From: a plasmid
Length of the DNA: 64,000 nucleotides
Sequence record: NZ_CP084013.1
Direction: 5' to 3' (one strand)
Position 1 is the stretch's first letter, and each line of letters opens with the position of its first letter. Under the pieces are notes generated by a model that saw nothing but the letters and a program-made list of their open reading frames with translations, was not told the DNA's origin and did no database searches. Shown in pieces: positions 55,662 through 64,000 of the stretch. A program made the position numbers and the translations under genes.

Positions 55662-56963
55662 TTGAAAACCAGTACAAAACTCATGGCTGCGGGAGCCGCA
55701 TTGCTGGTGGGGTTGAACGGTCTTATCGTCATGAACGTGGTGAGTGCCGTTTCCGGCAGTGTCGCGGCCCTTACCAGCAACGTCGGAAAGTCATTATCAG
55801 CCGCAGAATATGATTGCGGCACCTCATCAGATGATGATTCGACAACCGGGACCACATCGATAGCCCCCAACAAGGTCGCGGTGGCCATAGCCGAGGCATT
55901 CGCCAAAGCCGGGTATTCGAAAGCCAGCACGGCAGGCGCTCTTGGTGTGATCCAATTCGAATCTGGGATGAATCCGGAACAGGAGCAGATAGGAGAGACC
56001 AATCCCGCATTGCGTGGCTTCGGTCTGAATCAGTGGACACCGCGCAGCAAAATCCAAGCATGGATGGATCAGCATAACGTGTCTGGCAAAGACTCTGATG
56101 CCGACGTGCAGATAAAAATGCTGGTTGACACGTCCGAATCCGATTGGAACAACTTCTATCTGGATAACATCGAGGCCGAAGGGTACAACGTCACCGACCA
56201 TGACCTGCACAAATGGTGGCTGCATGCGGATAATCCGGAGGACGCCTCAATCGCATGGCTTGCCGGGTATGGGCGCGGAGCGTGGAACGATCGGCATGAA
56301 GAGGAACGTAAGAAATATGCGCGCTCCTACTATGATTCACCGGAGATTAGTGCGATCGAGTTCACTGGGAAGGCAAGCGACGATTCCCGTGGTTCCGACA
56401 ATGTCGTTCAAGCTTCCTGCTCATCCGACGACGATGGTGATGGAGGCAGTGCCGTCGTAGGTTCTGTGGGCGGGGCTCCTATAGGCAAAACCCGTAATTT
56501 TGGCTGGCTGTGCGATACGGATGCAAAAGTGTGTCACGACGGGGACTACGGACCATTCACTTCCTTCGCCAGCGGCGGACATTACCAGTGCTACTGGTAT
56601 GCACTTGTCAGACTATGGGTGATTCACCATCATGACGTGGCAAACTGGAACACCCCCGTGGGTGGTGACGTCCATGTGCATCTCGCCTCCGACCCTGCAT
56701 ACACAGTCGATTCCAGTCCACACCCGGGGGATGGCGTCAGTCAGTTCGGCGGTGCTTTGGGAGGTGATATGAGCTCCGGGCATATCGCCGTGGTCGAAGA
56801 AGTCAAGCAGGACGCAAACGGATGGAGAATCCGAATCAGCGAGGGAAACTACGGCACGAACGGAAGCGGCCCATGGGAGGGGTACAACAGTCGCTGGCTC
56901 ACGCAAAAGCAGTTCGATGGCGCCGGCAACGTGTTCTTCCGGAAGAAAAGCTGGAAGAACTAG
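55662..56963 (+). CDS. Bifunctional secreted cell-wall hydrolase: N-terminal lysozyme-like domain plus C-terminal CHAP domain (TcpG/VirB1-like)
   Basis: Signal/TM segment. STAGALGVIQFESGMNPEQE...GFGLNQWTP (phage-tail-lysozyme-like). C-terminal HYQCYWYAL (CHAP Cys) and SGHIAVVEEV (CHAP His). Confidence 0.55.
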   Translation: MKTSTKLMAAGAALLVGLNGLIVMNVVSAVSGSVAALTSNVGKSLSAAEYDCGTSSDDDSTTGTTSIAPNKVAVAIAEAFAKAGYSKASTAGALGVIQFESGMNPEQEQIGETNPALRGFGLNQWTPRSKIQAWMDQHNVSGKDSDADVQIKMLVDTSESDWNNFYLDNIEAEGYNVTDHDLHKWWLHADNPEDASIAWLAGYGRGAWNDRHEEERKKYARSYYDSPEISAIEFTGKASDDSRGSDNVVQASCSSDDDGDGGSAVVGSVGGAPIGKTRNFGWLCDTDAKVCHDGDYGPFTSFASGGHYQCYWYALVRLWVIHHHDVANWNTPVGGDVHVHLASDPAYTVDSSPHPGDGVSQFGGALGGDMSSGHIAVVEEVKQDANGWRIRISEGNYGTNGSGPWEGYNSRWLTQKQFDGAGNVFFRKKSWKN

Positions 56964-57907
56964 CCGCAGTATCCCGGATTCTGGCAGCCTCCTCCAACCG
57001 ATGCCATGGGAATGCTATCCCAAAGATGCCAGTCAACCTTGCCATCCAAGTCCGACTGCGTGACAGGTCCCTTAAGGATGGGCGTCATGCTGGAATGGGC
57101 GAGGCCCATCTCGGGATCGCCTTTCACTGGGATGGCTATTCTGGTTCCCTCGCTCAAATCGTCGGCCATGTTATTGTCCCAGCGTGTCAGCCAAGGATTA
57201 ATCCACCAAGGGTTGTCGCCGTTGATGTTCATGCCGCTGATTTTCCCGTTTGCGATGGTGAGTTCATCGTTGATGTCGTAGTCTCTCCAAGCTGGAGTCA
57301 ATGCCCAGATGCTCCCATTGTTGAAGGAATCACCGTCCTGCAAAAGCATGGATTCGACCTTTCCTGTGACCGTGACCGTTCGGTCTTCGTTGACCGTCAC
57401 GTGAGGTCCGTCCGTCCACCGGCTGCCGGTCGCCAACGCCTCACTGTTCCACCATGCTTTCATTGTCGGATACGCTTTACAAGCGTTTTCATATTCCTCT
57501 TCGCATGGATAGCTGACGGCATCAGGCCCATCGTTCTTATCCGCTGGGATAGCGCTCAGAGCGGGTAGAGGATTGCTTCCGATGTCCGGTGTCCGCAACT
57601 GGTCGATTACCTGTTGAGCATCATGTTGGCTGAGTGAGTCCAAATTGATCGTGGGGTCACTCCCCCAGTTGCGGGCTGCCTGTTCGAATTGGATGGCCAG
57701 ATCCGTGTACTGTTGTTTCTCCTCATCGGTCAGCTGATTTGCGGCAGCCTCAGCGGCTTTCTTGCGTTCCTCCGACTTATGTTTTTTCAACTGTTGGGCC
57801 TGCACCTGCTGGCGTTCCTCAGCGGTGACTTTTTTACGCCACGTACTCCAAGCCAGGATGCCAGCGACGAGAACCACCACTGTAATAACACTGGCGAGTA
57901 TTTTCAT
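56960..57907 (-). CDS. Membrane-anchored secreted hypothetical protein
   Basis: N-terminal TM segment ILASVITVVVLVAGILAW. Its stop is adjacent to the hydrolase stop. Confidence 0.45.
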   Translation of the reverse strand: MKILASVITVVVLVAGILAWSTWRKKVTAEERQQVQAQQLKKHKSEERKKAAEAAANQLTDEEKQQYTDLAIQFEQAARNWGSDPTINLDSLSQHDAQQVIDQLRTPDIGSNPLPALSAIPADKNDGPDAVSYPCEEEYENACKAYPTMKAWWNSEALATGSRWTDGPHVTVNEDRTVTVTGKVESMLLQDGDSFNNGSIWALTPAWRDYDINDELTIANGKISGMNINGDNPWWINPWLTRWDNNMADDLSEGTRIAIPVKGDPEMGLAHSSMTPILKGPVTQSDLDGKVDWHLWDSIPMASVGGGCQNPGYCG

Positions 57908-58056
57908 AGGCCTGCTGAATGTTCCGTGCATCCTCAACTCCTAATCCAAAAAAAACGTGTGGTTCCAGCGTATCCTTCCCAGAAAAGCGAATGCCTCCGA
58001 TTATCCGAATCGGAGGCATTCTGTCCACTGAGAGATAGTTTTTTTCGGGCGAAGGA

Positions 58057-58524
58057 TCAATCAACCTTCGAATTCTTGTTTTCCTTGATCTCCTCAAGCT
58101 TGACGTACACGTTCAAACCCAGGTTGTACAAGGCCGGCAATGCGAAGATAAGAACACACAGGACACCAGCCCACCGATACTCCAAGCCCCAGGCCGTGAA
58201 GAAGAACGCAGGAATCGGGATGAGAACAATCAGTTCGATGATCATTTGGACGATCAACGGGAGCGCAGATTCCAACATCCTCTCGCTGACGAAGAACCAG
58301 ATAACGGCTTGTACTGCGAAAGCCGCAAACAGGATGATGAGCATGACCCCAACGGTCACCAGATCAGCGATCCCAGTGGAAGTCGCATAGTTGAACACGT
58401 TCACGAACATGCCGCCCATGTCGCTGCTGAAGAACATTCCCATCAACAGGACTATCACCAATCCCAGAACGAGAAGAAAAAGTCCAATCATTGCCAGCAA
58501 GGTAAGCATTGCGACCACCTCCAA
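58057..58524 (-). CDS. Integral membrane protein (about 4 TM)
   Basis: Strongly hydrophobic. Lower GC than its surroundings. Confidence 0.5.
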   Translation of the reverse strand: MEVVAMLTLLAMIGLFLLVLGLVIVLLMGMFFSSDMGGMFVNVFNYATSTGIADLVTVGVMLIILFAAFAVQAVIWFFVSERMLESALPLIVQMIIELIVLIPIPAFFFTAWGLEYRWAGVLCVLIFALPALYNLGLNVYVKLEEIKENKNSKVD

Positions 58525-58634
58525 TCCATGCTCAGCGTTCTGTTATATGCAGTTGCATTGCTTCGTTTGCCTGACCTTATTCTGTGACAGAATTCATCGA
58601 CAAGCAAATCAACACCAGCAGTGGCCGCATTGTC

Positions 58635-59945
58635 CTATCTGGATGGTTTGCGCCGCCAATAGTCATGCACCGGATGCCCATCACGATCGTGGGAGACGAC
58701 ATGCACCATGCCATTGTCGGGAAGGACGAAGCGTTGAGGACTTGGCATGCCACTGTTCGCGACACGAATCTTGTCCAACAGCTTGGCCTGCAGTTCCGGG
58801 GCCAGATCCATATACGCAGTATGCGCATTCAACCGGACCAAGTCGCTGATGCGGATAGCCTCGTCTCGTGCAGTGTCGGAATCGAATCCACAATAATCAG
58901 CCAACCTCGCATAATGGTCCGGCGTCACTTCACTGGCATGCTCCGCTCCTGAGAATGGCATCGCGAGCTTGTCCGTCAACCCCGGCCATACAGTCGTGGT
59001 CATCACATCGTATGCTGGGCTTAGTTTCCAGGACTCACCATCCAGCGAAGTAGGCATGACTGAATAGTTACGGGCATGCGCATCGCAATTATCGACAGCC
59101 ACGTTGAAGGCCAATCGTCGCAGCCACTCCTCCCCCAGTCTGCCGGACGGATCCATCTTCCGTAGGGTGGTCAGCGTATCGACGGCACTCACCTTGTACT
59201 TCTCGGATGATGGTAGGCCCAATGCCTGCACCATATCCTCCATCGGCAGACGAACCGGCATACCATTTTCGATACGACGATCGAACCGTTCCACGATATA
59301 GGTCTGCTGGCCGTTGAATTCCTGGATATCCGACTCCGGGGTTTCGATGCCGACCATCTTGGAAAGCATCATGGTCGCATGTTCTACTTCATCAGCGTCA
59401 TAAATGCCGGCCGGTTTAAGAATATGAGTCGACGGAACGGCGCCATTGGGCCACACCCATTCATCGCCTACACGGGACAAGGAGAATTTGCCTTGAGCTC
59501 CTGCCAAGGAAAATCTGGCACCTTTGTTCCTGACGAACCATGAATCAGGCGTCCGTTTGACGGCGGCAATACGTGTCGCGATTTCGTCATCGGTTGCTTC
59601 TGCAGGAGGCACACTGGCAATAGTCGGCATCTCATCGTTCCGAGAGAACACCAGCGCACCAGCTGAATCCACGTTTTCCAGCAAGTCGAAGGATTCCTGA
59701 GATTTCGCGCCGACTGCCTGCATCATGGCATACTTGGCGGCACCTGATTCCGGGAGTAAATTTTCTAGAAAATTCTCCGGTGCATCCTCGCGCCACTCTC
59801 CATCTTTCGGGAGGCTGAAACTTATCCGTGGAGCATTCCAATCATACTCAAACGCGACTCCTCGTTTGAGAGAGGTGAACACGCCAACGTGGGAGCCGTT
59901 CATCCAGACGTTTAGCCGATCACCTTTTCTCATGCCACCACGCAT
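58635..59945 (-). CDS. hipA: HipA-family Ser/Thr kinase toxin
   Basis: FSLAGAQGKFSL. VERFDRR. Catalytic DNCDAHARNYSVM. The true start may be Met5 (59933). Confidence 0.7.
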   Translation of the reverse strand: MRGGMRKGDRLNVWMNGSHVGVFTSLKRGVAFEYDWNAPRISFSLPKDGEWREDAPENFLENLLPESGAAKYAMMQAVGAKSQESFDLLENVDSAGALVFSRNDEMPTIASVPPAEATDDEIATRIAAVKRTPDSWFVRNKGARFSLAGAQGKFSLSRVGDEWVWPNGAVPSTHILKPAGIYDADEVEHATMMLSKMVGIETPESDIQEFNGQQTYIVERFDRRIENGMPVRLPMEDMVQALGLPSSEKYKVSAVDTLTTLRKMDPSGRLGEEWLRRLAFNVAVDNCDAHARNYSVMPTSLDGESWKLSPAYDVMTTTVWPGLTDKLAMPFSGAEHASEVTPDHYARLADYCGFDSDTARDEAIRISDLVRLNAHTAYMDLAPELQAKLLDKIRVANSGMPSPQRFVLPDNGMVHVVSHDRDGHPVHDYWRRKPSR

Positions 59946-60226
59946 TCCGCAGGCAAGGCAGTGGCATCCACTCCAAGAACCTTCATTATCCGTCGAGTCG
60001 GAAGATATGGTGCAACGCCGGTGTCAATCAGCCGTTGCACCACGCTTGAATCGACTCGTGCTTTCTCGGCCACTTCATCGACGGTACGGTGCTGCATGAA
60101 CTCGGCCATGACCCTGCGCATACGTTCCGGTGATTCGATGAATCTCACGTTGCTGGCGGTTTTCGGCATGGCCTGCTTGATGCGCTGACGGTACTCGTCG
60201 CTAACCTGCCATTTCTCGTATATCAT
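59930..60226 (-). CDS. hipB: HipB-like HTH (XRE family) antitoxin
   Basis: HRTVDEVAEKARVDSSVVQRLIDTG. It overlaps the hipA start. Confidence 0.6.
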   Translation of the reverse strand: MIYEKWQVSDEYRQRIKQAMPKTASNVRFIESPERMRRVMAEFMQHRTVDEVAEKARVDSSVVQRLIDTGVAPYLPTRRIMKVLGVDATALPAECVVA

Positions 60227-60234
60227 TTTTTTGC

Positions 60235-60516
60235 CTATGCATTAGTAAGGTGTCTGCGAATGTATTCGCTACGACTGATGTGGTACCGCTTCGCGGCGGC
60301 AGTGACCTGTTCGAGCTGGCTTTCGGGCATCTTTATGGTGACGGTGACCATGCGCTCGTCCCGTTTCGGCAGCATGTGGAGACCGTAGTAGATAGGGCCG
60401 GTGATACCGTGGCCGGCGTCCTCGCTTTCCATTCGTTCCACGTCACTGCTGACCTGCTCCTCGGTCATTCCGAATTTCTCCAGCAGTTCCTTGTCTCGTT
60501 CGTTGAAATCGCTCAT
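60235..60516 (-). CDS. Ribbon-helix-helix (CopG/BrnA-like) antitoxin candidate
   Basis: C-terminal AAAKRYHISRSEYIRRHL. It lies downstream of a small toxin-like gene. Confidence 0.4.
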   Translation of the reverse strand: MSDFNERDKELLEKFGMTEEQVSSDVERMESEDAGHGITGPIYYGLHMLPKRDERMVTVTIKMPESQLEQVTAAAKRYHISRSEYIRRHLTNA

Positions 60517-60782
60517 CGTTCACCTCTTTTGCCTTCCAGCTGATTAATTTCCTTTAGTGTTTTCTTCGTCGGAGGTGTCATCACGTGGTAGATCAGTACG
60601 CTGTCGTTCAACTGCTTGTAGACCATCTCCACGTCACGGCCATGTCCGTCAAGACCTATTGCCACCCAAGTGCCATCCGCCCTACGCGCGTCTTTCATGA
60701 CACTTCGAAAGGCCGTCAGCACGTCCTCTGATGTCAGCTCCGGATGCCGTTCATGCACGCGCGACAGCACGTAGATTTTCAA
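60513..60782 (-). CDS. Small toxin candidate (BrnT/RelE-like)
   Basis: About 90 aa from the TTG start. It overlaps the RHH gene start. Confidence 0.3.
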   Translation of the reverse strand: MKIYVLSRVHERHPELTSEDVLTAFRSVMKDARRADGTWVAIGLDGHGRDVEMVYKQLNDSVLIYHVMTPPTKKTLKEINQLEGKRGER

Positions 60783-60895
60783 AAAGCAACCTCCACTCCT
60801 CTTGACGAAACTATTATAACACGCAGGTAATACCAATAGAATACCGCAGAAATGATACATGCCAGCAGAAGCCACAAAAAAACCGAGCCGCCTAA

Positions 60896-61945
60896 TCAGC
60901 CCAACAAAACCCGCGACACCGCCCCCTCATCAGGCAACCCGGAATCCAACAATTCAGCCAAACGCGACGCAACACGATCGGCATCAACACCGGTGAACAT
61001 GCCACCCATCCATTCGGACATCAGCGTCCGGACATGCTCGCAGTCGGCGGAATGCACGTGACGTGCGGGACCTTTGCTCTCATCCACTACTTCAGCCTCA
61101 AGGGGAATATCAGCCGACTCGCTCTGCGCAGTCTGTCGCGTTGGAGCATCGGTGCGAGGATAATACTTGATCCCATGCCTGAACGGTTCGGCCCTCAAAT
61201 TCGGAGCCGCCTCCAAGACATTCGACAACGCCTGTTTGAACCTGCGCCGGAAGTCCTTCATCGGCAGGCCGGTGCCCTCGAACTGGTCATACAGTTGACG
61301 CCATGAAACGTAGGCGACGTGGTCGAGCCGGTATGTGCGGTACGTCAACCATATATAGACGTCCAACGCCCGCGCCGATTTGCCCAGACGCGAGATGACA
61401 TCCATGCTGAGTGGGACGCTTGGCTTCGACAGCTCGGCCCACATCTCGTCCGTGAACTGGATTGACGCGATGATGTCCTGTTCTGGCCTGAACTGTGTAC
61501 GGCCTTTTCTGGCGACGGTGAACGGCGTGCATTCGCCTTTGTTCTCACGACTCTCGTCGGTGTTCATGATGGAGATCGAGGTTCGCGCCAAGTTCATCAG
61601 CGTGTCCTCCGTCTCTTTCTGACAGCCGGAGTGGTTGGATATTCCGGTGTTGTCGCAGAATTCCTGGAAGCTGCCACGAAAGACAACAGTGTGGGTGTCC
61701 TGATCCACGTCGGGATTGTTCTTCATGCGAATCATGGACTGCACGTAGAGGAATATCAGTCGCGGGGTTTTCCCGTAGACCCATTCCTCGGGGCGACTGG
61801 GGGTTATGCGGACTGTTTCCCGACCGTTCGTTCTCTCTATGTAGGATGAGCTTGGTTTCGACACGGGGAAGAGGGCGAGTTTCGCCATGAGCGGCGGTGC
61901 GCCCGTGTTCATTTTCGTTGTGGCGATGGCGTTATTATTGGTCAT
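60896..61945 (-). CDS. rep: Plasmid-type replication initiator protein (RepA-like)
   Basis: Winged-helix-like region SMDVISRLGKSARALDVYIWLTYRTYRL. The gene lies directly downstream of an iteron array. Confidence 0.6.
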   Translation of the reverse strand: MTNNNAIATTKMNTGAPPLMAKLALFPVSKPSSSYIERTNGRETVRITPSRPEEWVYGKTPRLIFLYVQSMIRMKNNPDVDQDTHTVVFRGSFQEFCDNTGISNHSGCQKETEDTLMNLARTSISIMNTDESRENKGECTPFTVARKGRTQFRPEQDIIASIQFTDEMWAELSKPSVPLSMDVISRLGKSARALDVYIWLTYRTYRLDHVAYVSWRQLYDQFEGTGLPMKDFRRRFKQALSNVLEAAPNLRAEPFRHGIKYYPRTDAPTRQTAQSESADIPLEAEVVDESKGPARHVHSADCEHVRTLMSEWMGGMFTGVDADRVASRLAELLDSGLPDEGAVSRVLLG

Positions 61946-62036
61946 GTGGTCGCTCCGTTTCAGCGATTGCCAGATACCCGGCCGGTACGAACGGTGCGGG
62001 TATCTTTTTTCTTTTCGTCGTTATTTTATCGCGTTT

Positions 62037-62275
62037 TTCTTAGAATTTTGACACCTTTCTTAGAATTCTGACACCAAATTTAGAATTTGGACACCATTTT
62101 TAGAATTATGACACCTTTCTTAGAATTTTGACACCATCTCTGCGAATGCCATCGAACCACACCCCGATTGCCTACGATCAGAGCGGTCACAGCCTTAGAA
62201 TTTTGACACCCTCGCTTAGAATTTTGACACCGACTCTTAGAATTTTGACACCCGTTCTTAGAATTTTGACACCGA
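62037..62275. repeat. Iteron array: nine copies of a 22-bp direct repeat (TCTTAGAATTTTGACACC core) in two blocks (5+4). This is the probable origin and Rep-binding site.
   Basis: Copies begin at about 62037, 62059, 62081, 62103, 62125, 62195, 62217, 62239 and 62261. They lie upstream of the rep start. Confidence 0.75.
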
Positions 62276-62581
62276 CATGGCCTCTCAGCCCTTATGGCAG
62301 TAGGGCTAAGCGGCACCCCCAAGTGATATTACAAGTGATATTACAAGTGAATATACAAACTCTCTCTTAATCTCTCTCCACTTCGACCCGCGATCCACCG
62401 GGATGCCGCTGACGCGGCAAATGCCACACGCTCTCCTGCACCTGTTTCGACCTCGGAAAAGAAGAATCCAGTCGGTTCGCTTGGCAGCGAACCTCAGAGC
62501 AAACAAAAAAAAAGACTGAATCTCGGACGAACAGGATTGCCGTACTCGTTCTTTCTAGTATCGGTTAATTTCAATAAATCT

Positions 62582-62619
62582 TCGGTTAATAACAAAACTC
62601 GAAGATAGATTGACAATCA
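62582..62619 (+). promoter_or_regulatory. Second copy of the TCGGTTAATAACAA element immediately upstream of a large gene
   Basis: tcggttaataacaaaactcgaagatagattgacaatcATG. Confidence 0.35.
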
Positions 62620-64000
62620 TGGCAAGCAGAAACAGCAGGAGCAGAACACAGACCCGTCCTATATCGAGTGGCGTCTGGTTTTCGCTGTTTCTTGTCTTTG
62701 GAATTATCCTCTGGTTCTTTTGGCGCCTGCCCTTGGTCCCGTTCCTTTGGCTTGGCATGCTCGCCGGAGGAATCACACAACAGTATCCGGTCAACGCTTC
62801 CGGAAGCCGCAAGGATCCCCCATCCGACAAGCAGATGATGGTCTACCACCGTTGGAAGGACATGCTTGCCGGTCTTATTCCGAATGCGGATTGGCTGGAG
62901 ATTCGTCGTGTTTCCTGGTGGATGGGCTGGATGGGCGGCATGCTGCTGGGATTGAACGGTGCCGTCTGGATTGCCCTGGTGGATGGCCTGTTCGGTTTCA
63001 TGCTCGCCCAAGGCTGGTCGCATTACAGGAATCGGCGCGTTGACCGTAGGCATGTCTACAAGGGCGTCAGTATTCCGGCGTTCCTGACCAAATCGCCCGC
63101 CTGGGCGCGGCTTTTGTCCGTCTCCATGGCGTTGCTGGTTTTCGCCGGGGTCCTGGTTTTCGTGTTGGCGGGATACATGAGCTGGCTGAGCGCTGTGACG
63201 CTTCCGGGGTTCGTGTTCCTGCTACTCGTATGGATGTTGGGGCGCAAACCGCAGTCCCGGTACTGGCGTGAGCTGGTCGAAGGGCAACAGCTGCTTGATG
63301 GTTGGCTTGCCGGGGACGATTTGCAGAAGGCATGGTCGGGAGCCTATCTGACGCAGGTCAACAAAATCGGTTCTTCGGATAATCCTCTGATCGTCTACCG
63401 GATTCGTCTGCAGGGGTCGGACGGTAAGCCTCGCTCGAACGAAGGAGTTTTCAAGCTCGGCGTGGAAGCGTTGCGGGCGCCGGCATTGGCGGACGGATAC
63501 CGTTTCGTGTGTCTACTGTCCGCCAAGCAGAAGAAGAAAGGGGCGGAACAGTTCGACCCGTCCAGTGTCCGTCTGGCGCTTGGCATGGACGAATCCTGCA
63601 TCCCCTCCATCGCGGAGAGAAAGGCCGGCGAAGGTCTTGCCTCTCTCGTCGCCGACATCGCCTATGCGCAAACCGCTTTCATCTGGCATAAACGCGCCCC
63701 GTTGACGTTGGCTCATGATGTGAGCGCCGACGAGAGCAAAGCCGCCTGGCTGTTGGAGATCATCACTCCCCCGCAGGGCGGGGATTCCATCGACCGCATC
63801 AGCTTCGACTGGCTGGAGGGAGAAGGATCTCCTGCCGAGACTCTGCGGATGCCGGTGTTCGCCGACCTGCAGGACAAGTTCCACCTGGTTGCATTCGACG
63901 ATGCGAAACTATCCGACAAGGGCAACAAGTGGCGGCCGGACGGCATGACCCACAAGAAAGCCTTTGACGATTACATCACCATTTCCAAACGGTTCAAAAG
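62620..64000 (+). CDS. Large polytopic membrane protein, 3'-partial (runs off the window). The ORF is absent from the supplied track because it has no stop.
   Basis: Manual translation from ATG 62620 shows no stop through 64000 (460 or more codons). Multiple TM segments are present (WFSLFLVFGIILWFFW, WMGWMGGMLLGLNGAVWIALVDGLFGFML, LLVFAGVLVFVLAGY...). Confidence 0.55.

Noticed and set aside
62037-62275. Short direct repeats that might be taken for a CRISPR array
   Set aside because: The units are 22 bp and contiguous or nearly so, with no unique spacers of 25-40 bp. No cas genes are present. The repeats sit directly upstream of a rep gene. They are therefore plasmid iterons.

Overview
This 64-kb window is high-GC (about 60%) with Gram-positive, actinobacterial-style gene organisation, likely Bifidobacterium-like, and is almost entirely accessory or mobile DNA. 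It resembles an integrated plasmid or ICE-like element. It carries a replication initiator with nine upstream iterons, a VirB4-like transfer ATPase interrupted by a LAGLIDADG intein, several cell-wall hydrolases and a class E sortase.

Three further layers sit on this backbone:
- Five IS200/IS605-superfamily elements, each with a TnpB (RNA-guided nuclease) gene: three IS607-like, one IS605-like, and one solo tnpB.
- A defence island: an MmeI-family Type IIG restriction-modification enzyme, an ABC ATPase plus TOPRIM nuclease pair (PARIS-like) preceded by two ATP-grasp ligases and a G10 tract, and five or more toxin-antitoxin pairs.
- A counter-defence island: a Lar restriction-alleviation protein, a MazG-domain protein, an RNA-repair pair (polynucleotide kinase/RNA ligase fusion plus metallophosphoesterase), a DnaQ-like exonuclease, and many small acidic or cysteine-rich proteins.

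The most unusual signal is a conserved ~27-bp cassette (consensus cTGTTATACTGAATATGTCCACATAA). It consists of an extended -10 promoter followed by a conserved 16-bp box. It occurs nine times, including one divergent inverted pair, and each copy sits directly upstream of a small-gene operon.

A second signal is a four-member paralogous family. Members share a conserved ~40-aa N-terminal module and have unrelated C-terminal regions.

All functional calls rest on motifs recognised by eye in the supplied translations. No database search was run.
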